Below are positions 36,745 to 46,606 of a stretch of 64,000 nucleotides of DNA, piece after piece (within the stretch, counting starts at the first letter, position 1; each line of letters opens with the position of its first letter). The notes beneath the pieces were generated by a model. The model was not told where the DNA came from, did no database searches, and worked only from the letters and a program-made list of their open reading frames with translations. The translations under genes were made by a program, and so were the position numbers. This DNA is from an uncultured Leptospiraceae bacterium (lineage in GTDB: Bacteria; Spirochaetota; UBA4802; UB4802): assembly GCA_964345775.1 (NCBI GenBank), contig CAYFSO010000003.1, positions 10,859 to 74,858 of the forward strand. The letters are read 5' to 3'.

Positions 36745-38373
36745 ATGAGAATAGTGATTACAGGACCAAAGGGTTCAGGGAAAAGTACCATTGGTGAACG
36801 GGTAGCCCAAATCCTTGATATCCCGTTTGTTGAAACTGATACGATTATTGAGGATATATACCGATCTGAAACCGGTACAGCCAGGTCATGCAGGGAAATA
36901 GCGGGTGAAGAGGGAGAAGAGTCTTTCCGGGAATGGGAATCCAGGGCGGTAGACAAGGCGGCAACACGTGACTGGAGTGTAATTGCCACCGGCGGGGGAA
37001 CCTTTCTTAACCCCATCTTGAGAGAAAAGATCTCATGTAACGCCATCACCGTGTTGCTGATGGCTGAAGACGGCCTGCTCTGGGAACGTATGGAACGCAC
37101 AGGGCTGCCTCCGTTTTTGGAGGGCGATGATGCACGTGAGAAGTACAGGCAGCGGGTTGAGAAACTGTACCAGGCAACGAGGCACAGGAGTGATATTGTA
37201 TACACCGTTAACAGGGAAAACCAGGACATTGCGGCAGATGAAATTGTTGACAACCTTTCCCAGCTCCTGTCCATGCGAATGTTTTCACCGAGTAGCTTTG
37301 GCCAGGTTTTAAGGGTGACGTCATTTGGTGAAAGCCATGGTCCCGCCGTTGGAGCAGTGCTGGATGGGGTGCCACCCGGCATTGATCTGTCTCCTGATGA
37401 CATACAGGCTGAACTTGATCGGCGCCGGCCGGGGCAAAGCCGTGTTACTACTTCACGAAACGAGACCGACCGGGTTGAGATACTTTCAGGAGTATTCGAC
37501 GGGAAAACAACGGGAACGCCGGTATGCATGGTTGTATATAATCGTGACCAGGATCCTTCAAAATATGAAGCCATAAAGGATGTTTTCAGGCCGGGACATG
37601 CTGATTTCACCTTCTGGAAAAAATATGGTCTTCGTGATCATCGTGGTGGCGGGCGTTCGTCGGGCAGGGAGACCATTGGAAGAGTTGCTCCAGGTGCTGT
37701 AGCCCGCAAGCTGCTGTTACAGCGGGGGATACGTATTTACGCATATGCCGAAGAGATCGGGGGTGTTCGTGGTGAGGCTGTTGATATTTCATTCATTGAG
37801 CAAAACCCGGTACGGGCTGCGGACCCGAAAACGGCCCCGTTGATGGAAAAGGCTATCCTGGATGCCCGGGCTGATAATGATTCGGTTGGAGGTATCGTTC
37901 GACTGGTAATTTCCGGTATGCCTGCCGGTTGCGGCGACCCGGTTTTTTACAAGCTGGATGCCCGCCTTTCCATGGCCATCATGTCGATAGGTGCGGTAAA
38001 GGGAGTGGAACTTGGTACGGGTTTCAGGGCCGCTTCCATGAAAGGGAGCCAGCAGAACGACCCGATGAAAGATGGAACTTTTGTCAGCAACAATGCCGGT
38101 GGTGTTCTTGGCGGGATCTCCACGGGAGAGGACATAGTGGCAGCAATAGCCGTGCGTCCTACCCCCTCTATTTTCAGGGAACAGGAAACGATGGACATTC
38201 ACGGCAGTAATCGTACCATTACGATCGAGGGCAGGCATGATCCCTGTATCGTCCCCCGCATCATACCGGTGATCGAATCAATGGCGGCAATTGTGTGTTG
38301 CGATGCCCTGTTGATCCAGGACATCATTTCGTCATATAAAAATGAAGGTACAGGTGATGACAGTATACTATAA
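36745..38373 (+). CDS. bifunctional shikimate kinase / chorismate synthase fusion
   Basis: Residues 1-170: Walker [16 protein letters not shown] lid (AroK); residues ~173-542: [15 protein letters not shown]...RPGHADF...[10 protein letters not shown] (AroC); single uninterrupted frame. Confidence 0.88.
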   Translation: MRIVITGPKGSGKSTIGERVAQILDIPFVETDTIIEDIYRSETGTARSCREIAGEEGEESFREWESRAVDKAATRDWSVIATGGGTFLNPILREKISCNAITVLLMAEDGLLWERMERTGLPPFLEGDDAREKYRQRVEKLYQATRHRSDIVYTVNRENQDIAADEIVDNLSQLLSMRMFSPSSFGQVLRVTSFGESHGPAVGAVLDGVPPGIDLSPDDIQAELDRRRPGQSRVTTSRNETDRVEILSGVFDGKTTGTPVCMVVYNRDQDPSKYEAIKDVFRPGHADFTFWKKYGLRDHRGGGRSSGRETIGRVAPGAVARKLLLQRGIRIYAYAEEIGGVRGEAVDISFIEQNPVRAADPKTAPLMEKAILDARADNDSVGGIVRLVISGMPAGCGDPVFYKLDARLSMAIMSIGAVKGVELGTGFRAASMKGSQQNDPMKDGTFVSNNAGGVLGGISTGEDIVAAIAVRPTPSIFREQETMDIHGSNRTITIEGRHDPCIVPRIIPVIESMAAIVCCDALLIQDIISSYKNEGTGDDSIL

Positions 38374-39295
38374 CCTGCAACCTGAAATAACGGACGTGAA
38401 GAACCCGGTGGTCACCATTGGCAGCTTTGACGGGGTGCACCTTGGGCATAAAAAGATATTTTCCCTGGTCTCAGACATCGCATCGGAGAAGGACGGTGAA
38501 GCGATCGTGATCACCTTCACTACCCATCCAAGGAAGGTACTCACCCCCGGCACACCTCCACGTATTCTCACTACGGGAAAAGAGAAAATACACGCCATCG
38601 AAGAGTGCGGTATGGATCATATCGTGATGCTTCCGTTTACCCGTGAGCTTGCCAGCCTGTCTGCTGCTGATTTTTTGCATAACATTATCTTTTACAACTT
38701 CGGTAGATCTCATGTGGTGATCGGGTACGATCATGCATTTGGCCATAACAGGGAAGGCAACTACGAATTCCTGAAAAGAGCATCACAACGTGAAGGGTTC
38801 GACGTTACGCGGGTTGACCCCATGGATTACAATTCAAAACCGGTATCTTCGTCCTGGATACGCACTGAAATTGAAGATGGTAACATTACCCTTGCAAACA
38901 GGCTGCTGGGAAGACGATACACACTGTCAGGTACTGTGGTGAAAGGGGTGGGAAGGGGAAAAACAATTGGTTTCCCCACTGCGAATATCGTACCTGGAGA
39001 TGAAGACAAGGTTATTCCACGGGACGGTGTGTACGCGGTGAAAGTGTTCCCGGGAGACGGCGGGATACACGATGGAATGCTGAATATTGGAACCAACCCT
39101 ACCTTTTCGAACCTTGAGCGCAGCATAGAAGTGAACATACTGGACTTTGATAACGATATTTACATGGAAGATATCACCATTCACTTTGTTGAACGGATAA
39201 GGGACGAGATAAAGTTCTCTTCGGTGAACGACCTTGTCTCCCGTTTGCAAAAGGATAAAGAGGCCACAATCAGGATCCTGAGATCTTCCGGTTAA
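38342..39295 (+). CDS. ribF: bifunctional riboflavin kinase / FMN adenylyltransferase
   Basis: VVTIGSFDGVHLGH nucleotidyltransferase motif; C-terminal riboflavin kinase domain. Confidence 0.92.
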   Translation: MKVQVMTVYYNLQPEITDVKNPVVTIGSFDGVHLGHKKIFSLVSDIASEKDGEAIVITFTTHPRKVLTPGTPPRILTTGKEKIHAIEECGMDHIVMLPFTRELASLSAADFLHNIIFYNFGRSHVVIGYDHAFGHNREGNYEFLKRASQREGFDVTRVDPMDYNSKPVSSSWIRTEIEDGNITLANRLLGRRYTLSGTVVKGVGRGKTIGFPTANIVPGDEDKVIPRDGVYAVKVFPGDGGIHDGMLNIGTNPTFSNLERSIEVNILDFDNDIYMEDITIHFVERIRDEIKFSSVNDLVSRLQKDKEATIRILRSSG

Positions 39296-39311
39296 CGGTC
39301 GGGGTTTTATC

Positions 39312-39833
39312 ATGAACAGTGCACAGGCACGGTACCTGGAACGAAAGAACGTACAACTTTACCGTCATGTGTATGAATTCGAACGCGGAAAGCTGGTGAT
39401 TATTTCTGACCAAAACTTCCTGAGATGCGTGATTTTCGGCCGCAGGCAAAAGCTCCTGGATGTACCTGGTGATGATCTTGAGAGCAGGCTGGTTCGGCCG
39501 CTTGAAAAAGCCGTGATCTTTTTTAACGCGTATTTCAGTTCACGAAAGATACCTCATCCTCCAATTGACCTTGATGCGTTTACAGAAGGGGAAAAAAAGG
39601 TGTACAAGACCCTTTGTGCCATACCAGCCGGCCAGACCATCTCGTATGGTGAGCTGGCCAGGCTATCGGGCTATCCCGGTGGTGCCCGGTTTGTGGGAAA
39701 TACCATGGCGAAGAACATATTTCCCATCATTATCCCCTGTCATCGTGTGATAAGGTCTGACGGATCCCCTGGTAATTACAGTTCAGGTACAGAGTTAAAA
39801 GAATTTTTACTTCGTCATGAAGGTACCTGGTAG
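39312..39833 (+). CDS. ogt: methylated-DNA--protein-cysteine methyltransferase
   Basis: Active site IPCHRVI; HTH TISYGELA; 173 aa. Confidence 0.85.
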   Translation: MNSAQARYLERKNVQLYRHVYEFERGKLVIISDQNFLRCVIFGRRQKLLDVPGDDLESRLVRPLEKAVIFFNAYFSSRKIPHPPIDLDAFTEGEKKVYKTLCAIPAGQTISYGELARLSGYPGGARFVGNTMAKNIFPIIIPCHRVIRSDGSPGNYSSGTELKEFLLRHEGTW

Positions 39834-39940
39834 TTGTTCATATCCTTAAGGTTAGTCCCCGGAACCCGGATAGCGAGCCAACAGAACCTGAATTATCCAC
39901 ATTGAACAAGATAAAGCAGGAAAATCTCGACGAGTATTAC

Positions 39941-40078
39941 ATGATCGATTTTGATAACGATATTACCCAGAGCCTTGCAAGCGGTTCAGAAGAACTGGCA
40001 GCAACATCAGAGGAATTATCATCGCAGGCTGACACCCGGCACCACTGTATTCGTGGTGTTGTCCTTACAGTCTTATAA
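39941..40078 (+). CDS. candidate small acidic protein (45 aa)
   Basis: ATG..TAA frame MIDFDNDITQSLASGSEELAATSEELSSQADTRHHCIRGVVLTVL; below the 60-aa track cutoff; no RBS evidence. Confidence 0.25.
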   Translation: MIDFDNDITQSLASGSEELAATSEELSSQADTRHHCIRGVVLTVL

Positions 40079-40142
40079 TGACAGTAAAGTGGAAAGTAAA
40101 ATTTCGGGTTTTACATTTCAAAAAGGATGATTAAAAAATAAC

Positions 40143-40173
40143 TTGCATTGCGACTCCGGTTCCCGTGTATAAT
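40143..40173 (+). promoter_or_regulatory. putative sigma70 promoter (TTGCAT-19nt-TATAAT) of large OmpA-family gene
   Basis: Consensus -10 TATAAT 68 nt upstream of ATG 40241. Confidence 0.4.
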
Positions 40174-40240
40174 ATGTATCAAGTAAAGTAATACTGTCGA
40201 TAGAAAACCCATATAAATAAAACATGAATTCAGGAAAGGT

Positions 40241-42892
40241 ATGTCGATTATGAAACGAATTCTAAGAATCTTTATTATTATAATATCAATTTCAGTTATT
40301 ACCAGCATGGCAGCTGCAGAACCGGATAGCGGTACCAGCCTGCTGCTTCTTGGTGAATCAACACGCATGCTGGGACGGGGAGGGGCTGGTGTTGCCGACA
40401 CTGGAGCGGATCTGTTCCCCTGCAATCCTGCTGCAATTGGCAGGCTTGAGCGCCTGGGGATGGGGCTGGATTACGGAAGTTTTCTTAACCGGTACCATAA
40501 TCCTGGATTTAACCTGGCTTTCCCAACATCGTATGGTGTTATTGGCGGGTATTTCCGCATGCTGGATATTCCCGACAGTTACGATATCGAACGCGGCTAC
40601 ATGTTCGGTCTTGGAGGTGCAAAGGAATTTACAGAAAGGCTGGTTGTCGGTGCTTCATTTAATGGGCTGTACGGTGAAGGGTATGGAGAAAGTGCCCATT
40701 TCGCGGGACTCAATATCGGCAGTATCTACTCAACCGGCTTTACCAGTGTAGCGGGAGAAGGATTCGGCATATTTAACCCGTCACTGGCCTTCGCCCTGCT
40801 GGCGGGTATCCCGATGGGCAGCGAGAGTGAAATGTCGCAGCTGAACCAGGTTACACTTGGCTATAATCTTCCGTTTTACAGGTCTGACAAGATGATGATA
40901 AGCCTCTTTAATGACGTGAGCGTGACGGATGAGTTCAGTGAAATACCTGTCAGGATCGGTTTTGAATCGGTGTATGATCAGAAATACGTGCTGCGCATTG
41001 GCGGCATGTACCCGCAGTCATACGAATACGGTGATATGACCATGGGTGCAGGATACAAGTTCAAGGCAGGGGATTTTGACGGTGAGATCAGTTATTCGCT
41101 GGTCCATTACAAGTATACAGATTTCGTTCACTATGCAGGTATAAGCGGTGAATACGGCAAGCTGGACCGGGAGCCCCCGGTAACGTCTATCGAGGCAAAC
41201 AGGCGATACATTTCCCCCAACTACGATGGTGTAAAGGATTTTGTGTACCTGAAGCTGGATGTTCAGGACCAGAGCCGTATCAAGGGTTGGAAAGTGCAGA
41301 TAAAGAACCAGGAAAACCAGGTGGCAAAAGAATACCGTGTGTCCGAGAGAGATATCGACGAAACCCTTTCACCAATCGGCTTCATAAAAAAGATCTGGAC
41401 AAAGAAGGAGTCCCTGGTAGTTCCCCGGACATTGTTCTGGGATGGGACAGACCAGGCGGGCAGGACATTGCCTGATGGCCCATATGTGTATTCGTTCATT
41501 ACATGGGATGAACGTGACAACATCTCCGAGGAGAAGACGGGCGTGGTCCACATTGACAAGACCTCACCTGAAGCCAGTCTCGATCCGGAATATACACTGT
41601 TTTCACCAAATGATGATAACCGTAAGGATAGCCTGACCATTACACAGGATATTACCACTGAACCGGAAGATGAATGGTCAGCAGGTTTCGTGGATGATAA
41701 TGGATCAACGGTGAAATCGTATGAATGGAAGGGTAAAAATGTACCCGGTTCCATAACCTGGAAGGGGAAGAACGACAGTGGTGAGGATGTACCCGAAGGA
41801 TTGTATACTTATTTTATTACCTGTACCGATAAAGCCGGAAACAGTACCAGGGCCACTGTTAAGGAGATATCACTTACCAGGAAATACCAGGTGGCAGACG
41901 TAACCACCCAAATTGCTTACTATTCATACGCATCTGAAAAACCGGTAGTATTCAATACCCATCTCTCTGATGAGAAAGGACTGGAAAGATGGGAGCTGAC
42001 CATAATGGACGATGATAAAGACCCGGTACGAATTTTGGGCGGCCAGGATGAATTGCCTGAAAAGGTTACATGGGACGTTCGTGACAAAAAAGGCGACAAG
42101 CCTGGTGATGGCGTATACTATTACACTATAACCGCGGAGTTTAACAGCGGTAACAGGCCCACTTCTTTTGCAAAGAAAATCATCCTGGACAGTACCGCGC
42201 CGAAGGTGAAAGTGGATTATGAACCTTCACGGTTCTCTCCGGACGGTGACGGGGAGAACGATATACTCACCATATACCCCCAGGCCAGGGACAAATACGG
42301 GGTAACAAAATGGAAAATTACCATATTTGCGCCTTCAGGAGATGCGTTTAAAACCTTTGACGGAAAGGGATCTCCTCCTGACCAGATAAAATGGGATGGC
42401 CTGGGAGAAAATGGCGAGCTGGTAGAATCAGCGGCTGATTATTACATTCAGCTCCAGGCAGTGGACAATGCAGATAACCGGGCCATAACGGAAAAGGTGA
42501 AGCTTCCCATTGATGTCCTGGTTGTTGTAACAGAACGGGGATTGAAAATACGGATCAGCAACATCGAGTTCAAGTTTGACAGTGCTGAATTGACCGGCCG
42601 GGCTTTCCCCATATTGAACAGGGTAATAGAGATACTCGAAAAGTACTCAAGCTACAACGTGCTTATCGAGGGGCATACGGATGATATCGGTGAAGAAAAG
42701 TACAACCTGAAGCTTTCTGAGAGAAGGGCGAAAGCCGTGATGGAATACCTGGTGGATAATGGGATAGACGAAGACAGGCTCTCCTTCAGGGGTATGGGAG
42801 AGACCAGCCCGTTTCTGCCCAATACCAGTTCGGAGAACAGGCGAAGGAATCGCAGGGTGGAATTTCTGTTGATAAAGAAAGGCGATAAGTAA
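40241..42892 (+). CDS. large OmpA-family surface protein: N-terminal beta-barrel-like domain, ~4 FlgD-Ig-like repeats, C-terminal OmpA peptidoglycan-binding domain
   Basis: Signal peptide; repeats carrying [FY]SPN-DG--D motifs (ISPNYDGVKD, FSPNDDNRKD, FSPDGDGEND); OmpA motif IEGHTDDIGEEKYNLKLSERRAKAV. Confidence 0.8.
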   Translation: MSIMKRILRIFIIIISISVITSMAAAEPDSGTSLLLLGESTRMLGRGGAGVADTGADLFPCNPAAIGRLERLGMGLDYGSFLNRYHNPGFNLAFPTSYGVIGGYFRMLDIPDSYDIERGYMFGLGGAKEFTERLVVGASFNGLYGEGYGESAHFAGLNIGSIYSTGFTSVAGEGFGIFNPSLAFALLAGIPMGSESEMSQLNQVTLGYNLPFYRSDKMMISLFNDVSVTDEFSEIPVRIGFESVYDQKYVLRIGGMYPQSYEYGDMTMGAGYKFKAGDFDGEISYSLVHYKYTDFVHYAGISGEYGKLDREPPVTSIEANRRYISPNYDGVKDFVYLKLDVQDQSRIKGWKVQIKNQENQVAKEYRVSERDIDETLSPIGFIKKIWTKKESLVVPRTLFWDGTDQAGRTLPDGPYVYSFITWDERDNISEEKTGVVHIDKTSPEASLDPEYTLFSPNDDNRKDSLTITQDITTEPEDEWSAGFVDDNGSTVKSYEWKGKNVPGSITWKGKNDSGEDVPEGLYTYFITCTDKAGNSTRATVKEISLTRKYQVADVTTQIAYYSYASEKPVVFNTHLSDEKGLERWELTIMDDDKDPVRILGGQDELPEKVTWDVRDKKGDKPGDGVYYYTITAEFNSGNRPTSFAKKIILDSTAPKVKVDYEPSRFSPDGDGENDILTIYPQARDKYGVTKWKITIFAPSGDAFKTFDGKGSPPDQIKWDGLGENGELVESAADYYIQLQAVDNADNRAITEKVKLPIDVLVVVTERGLKIRISNIEFKFDSAELTGRAFPILNRVIEILEKYSSYNVLIEGHTDDIGEEKYNLKLSERRAKAVMEYLVDNGIDEDRLSFRGMGETSPFLPNTSSENRRRNRRVEFLLIKKGDK

Positions 42893-42897
42893 TAGTA

Positions 42898-43713
42898 ATG
42901 GCAGACATGGTTGTTGTGTTCAGCGATATTGATGGAACACTCATTGATCATTTCACCTACAGCCATGCGCAGTCCATGCCGGGGGTATCCATGTTGAAGG
43001 AGAGGGGGTATCCCCTTGTGCTTGTTTCCAGCAAAACCTTCCCGGAAATCAAGACGCTGCATGACGAGCTTGACCTGGATACCCCGTTTGTCTTTGAAAA
43101 TGGTGGCGGAATTGCCTGGCCCGGGGATGTCCATCATCAAGATTTCAAGGTAGAATTAAGGGGTATGGATGTATCATCACTTCGGTTCCACCTTGCATTT
43201 CTGCGTTCGCTTGCAGGGTCTGACATAGTTCTTTTGGAGGATATGCCGGTAGAAGAAATTGCGCAGAGAACAGGGTTATCACGAAAGGCTGCAAAATTTG
43301 CCCGTCATCGGCAGGCATCACTGCCATTCGTGATCGATAATATGGATCGTCTCTCACAAAAGGATATTGAGGTAATCAACGCCACACTGCAAAAAAAAGG
43401 ACTGGTGCTTACCAGGGGAGGAAGATTTTTTCACTTTTCGTCAGCGGAGGCAAACAAGGGCAGTGCTGTTGCTGAAATTACAGAAAGCATAAAAAGAAAA
43501 AATATGCAAAAGCAGGTGAGAACAGCAGGGATCGGTGACAGCATGAATGACCTTCCCATGCTGGAGGCTGTTGATACGGCCTACCTTGTGGAAAATCAGC
43601 ATGGCTCCATGGTAGAATCTGGATTCCCGGTTGTTCGTACATCATGTGCCGGTCCGGCCGGGTTCAGCGAGGCTGTTGGGCATATATGTCACAAGGAGCA
43701 TGAATTACTCTGA
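42898..43713 (+). CDS. HAD-IIB phosphatase, mannosyl-3-phosphoglycerate phosphatase (MpgP/YedP) family
   Basis: Motif I FSDIDGTL, motif IV GDSMNDLPML; similarity to YedP. Confidence 0.72.
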   Translation: MADMVVVFSDIDGTLIDHFTYSHAQSMPGVSMLKERGYPLVLVSSKTFPEIKTLHDELDLDTPFVFENGGGIAWPGDVHHQDFKVELRGMDVSSLRFHLAFLRSLAGSDIVLLEDMPVEEIAQRTGLSRKAAKFARHRQASLPFVIDNMDRLSQKDIEVINATLQKKGLVLTRGGRFFHFSSAEANKGSAVAEITESIKRKNMQKQVRTAGIGDSMNDLPMLEAVDTAYLVENQHGSMVESGFPVVRTSCAGPAGFSEAVGHICHKEHELL

Positions 43714-43845
43714 TCTCTCAACGTTCTCTTCAACGTATTTTTCGAAATCCTCCCTGGACATCTTATCCTGGTATAGTGGCCAGAGGCTTTCTTTCAATTC
43801 TTCCAGGGTTGGGAACTTTGCCCCGTCCAGTTTATAGTGTGCCAT
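43705..43845 (-). CDS. candidate small protein (46 aa)
   Basis: MAHYKLDGAKFPTLEELKESLWPLYQDKMSREDFEKYVEENVERSE; AGG 10 nt upstream of ATG; converges on and overlaps the HAD gene stop by 9 nt. Confidence 0.3.
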   Translation of the reverse strand: MAHYKLDGAKFPTLEELKESLWPLYQDKMSREDFEKYVEENVERSE

Positions 43846-44096
43846 TACAGCAAACCTCGTTTCGGTACAGTCTTGTGATCACTTCCATGTATATCACTTT
43901 TGTGACGTTATTTCAAGTTGAAATTACACCCTTTCCTGTACCACTATAAGGCTGCAGTATACTGTGTCCATTAAAAAAATACAGCAGGATATGTCTTCAT
44001 GATTTTATGGCTATTTCCGCGTTATGGTGGAGTTATAAACTTCTTGACGTTATACTATTACGGGGTAACTATCTGCTTCATTATGAAAGGGATTAT

Positions 44097-44588
44097 AATA
44101 TGAGAATCGTCGATACAGTTACCAGGATATTACAGGAGATCCTGATCTTTATAAGGGATATTGCCTCCGCAATTATCAAGTATGCATATGAGTTCCTGCT
44201 TTTCCTCTATGAGAAGTTCCTGGAAATACCCATAATTGAAAAGATAATTGTTATCAACACCATACCGGCATTTTTCGCTGTTATCCTGCCTGTTGCCAGG
44301 TATTATATATTCAAGGAATGGTATTACATCAACAATCCACTGGCAGTATACATGATCGGTATTGTTTTGCTGATGCTTATCAGTACGCTGATAAGGTATA
44401 CATGGTTGCTGGTACTGCGATTGCTTGTAAACATGTACTACCTTTTCTGGGTTATATATCTTCCCGCCGCGGGGGAATTGACAAAAGCTGATCCCTTCCA
44501 GATCACGGCCGGGTATTATGTGAATATCGCGGTTCCAGCAACGTATATCCTGGCAGTGATTATTTCATTTATTTTATACAGGGAATAA
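44097..44588 (+). CDS. hypothetical membrane protein
   Basis: About 4 hydrophobic helices; start position uncertain (ORF opens at 44007). Confidence 0.4.
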   Translation, partial: NMRIVDTVTRILQEILIFIRDIASAIIKYAYEFLLFLYEKFLEIPIIEKIIVINTIPAFFAVILPVARYYIFKEWYYINNPLAVYMIGIVLLMLISTLIRYTWLLVLRLLVNMYYLFWVIYLPAAGELTKADPFQITAGYYVNIAVPATYILAVIISFILYRE

Positions 44589-44777
44589 AAGATCCTGGTT
44601 TTCCAGTTTATGCTTTTTGGGGAACCGGTGCCCCTGCCGCATTCAAGGTCGTATGAGATCATGCCCGTGGTTTCCGGGTATTATGATAGCGTTTCTGGTA
44701 ATTCTTATTGCAATTTTCTGATATATCCAAAATGTATGTCAACTGATATATAACTAACAGGCCAGGATAATAAGATT

Positions 44778-45218
44778 ATGGAAGAACTGAAAGGGACACT
44801 GATTAAAATGCTGCAAAAGTACAAAGGAAAGACCCTTGACGATCAGCTGGTTGAGGAACTGGCAGAAAGGTTCAGCGATGAGACCAGGGCCGGGAATGGG
44901 ATCGAGGCGGCATTGAAATTATTCATGCAGCAAAAGGACCATGAAAGGGAAGTAGCCGTTGTCTCCGTGATCGGCAGGGATACAGTTGGTATTGTTGCGG
45001 ACGTTACTCGGGTGCTGTCAGAATCAAATGCGAATATTGAAGGAATGAACCAGACCGTATTGCACGGCTTTTTTGCCCTTATCCTGACTATAGATATCAC
45101 CTCCATGAATATGGATATTGACTCATTGCAATCAAAAATGGATGAGGTGGCAGCGAAAAAAAGCCTTAAGATATATATTCAGCATGAAAACATATTTAAG
45201 AACATGAACAGAATATAA
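44778..45218 (+). CDS. ACT-domain protein (UPF0237-like)
   Basis: ACT fold signature VAVVSVIGRDTVGIVADVTRVL; directly upstream of UPF0210 gene. Confidence 0.7.
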   Translation: MEELKGTLIKMLQKYKGKTLDDQLVEELAERFSDETRAGNGIEAALKLFMQQKDHEREVAVVSVIGRDTVGIVADVTRVLSESNANIEGMNQTVLHGFFALILTIDITSMNMDIDSLQSKMDEVAAKKSLKIYIQHENIFKNMNRI

Positions 45219-45230
45219 AGGTGGTCATAC

Positions 45231-46598
45231 ATGCATTACGAGGTACAGGAAATTCTTGATGCCATCCGAATGACATCGCTTCAACACCTCGACGTGAGAA
45301 CCGTTACAATGGGTATAAGCCTGCTGGATGTAACTGCCGCTGATAAAAAAGGTTTTCTTGCTGCTGTCAGGGAAAAGATATATATGAAAGCACGGGATCT
45401 TGTAGGGGTAAGTAACAGGATTTCCGGCAAGTACGGCGTTGAGATAGTCAACAAGAGGGTGTCACTCACCCCCTTGTCCATGGTTGCATCACCACTTCAA
45501 CATGAAGAGGATTTTATTTTACTGGCCCAGATGGTAGACCGGGTGGCTGGTGAGATGGGGGTGGATTTTATTGGAGGCTACTCTGCACTGGTGCAAAAGG
45601 GTATGACAGGAAAGGAGAAACGGTTTATCAATTCTATCCCGTCAGCGCTTTGTTCTACCTCCAGGCTGTGTTCATCGGTGAATGTGGGGTCAACCCATGC
45701 CGGAATTAACATGGACGCGGTTAACACCATGGGTAAAATTGTCATCGATACCGCTTCTGCCACATCAAGTAGTTCAGGTTCGGGATGCGCCCGGCTGGTA
45801 GTGTTCGGGAATATCCCCGAAGATAATCCATTCATGGCTGGAGCGGTACATGGTACGGGTGAAGGGGACGCCGCCCTTAACGTTGGGATCTCAGGACCGG
45901 GGGTGGTTCACCACGTGATAAAAAAACTTGGAAATGATGCTGACATGGGAACCATGGCAGAGGAGATCAAAAAAACCGTTTTCAAGATCACCCGAATGGG
46001 AGAGTTGATGGGACGGGAAGTGGCCCATGCGCTTGGAGTCCCCTTTGGTATTCTTGACCTGTCCCTTGCCCCTACCCCTGCCATTGGAGACAGTGTGGCA
46101 GATATCATCGAGGCAATGGGTATTGAACGATGTGGCGGGCATGGCACCACCGCAGCGCTTGCACTGCTCAATGATGCGGTAAAAAAGGGAGGCATCTTCG
46201 CGTCCTCCTACGTGGGGGGACTTTCCGGTGCCTTTATCCCGGTTAGTGAAGATGCCACAATGGCTGACCGTGCAGAAAACGGATTCATAACAATTGATAA
46301 GCTGGAAGCAATGACCGCCGTATGCTCGGTCGGGCTTGACATGATAGCCATTCCGGGTGATACGCCGGCAGATGTAATATCTGCCATTATAGCAGACGAG
46401 ATCAGTATTGGGGTCTGTAATAACAAGACCACCGCCGTACGGGTAATCCCTGTGCCGGGAGCGGTCAAAGGAGACAGGGTCACCTTTGGTGGTCTTCTTG
46501 GGAGTGCCACGGTTATGGATGTACATTCATCTTCTCCATCGGCGTTTATTGGCCGGGGAGGACGGGTGCCCGCCCCCCTTCTGTCATTGAAAAATTGA
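45231..46598 (+). CDS. UPF0210/DUF711-family protein
   Basis: Family N-terminus [26 protein letters not shown]; 455 aa; ACT partner upstream. Confidence 0.8.
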   Translation: MHYEVQEILDAIRMTSLQHLDVRTVTMGISLLDVTAADKKGFLAAVREKIYMKARDLVGVSNRISGKYGVEIVNKRVSLTPLSMVASPLQHEEDFILLAQMVDRVAGEMGVDFIGGYSALVQKGMTGKEKRFINSIPSALCSTSRLCSSVNVGSTHAGINMDAVNTMGKIVIDTASATSSSSGSGCARLVVFGNIPEDNPFMAGAVHGTGEGDAALNVGISGPGVVHHVIKKLGNDADMGTMAEEIKKTVFKITRMGELMGREVAHALGVPFGILDLSLAPTPAIGDSVADIIEAMGIERCGGHGTTAALALLNDAVKKGGIFASSYVGGLSGAFIPVSEDATMADRAENGFITIDKLEAMTAVCSVGLDMIAIPGDTPADVISAIIADEISIGVCNNKTTAVRVIPVPGAVKGDRVTFGGLLGSATVMDVHSSSPSAFIGRGGRVPAPLLSLKN

Positions 46599-46606
46599 AC
46601 GGATGA

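Noticed and set aside
45891-46526. 211-aa minus-strand ORF
   Set aside because: Antisense to the UPF0210 gene, which has a strong family-specific N-terminus.
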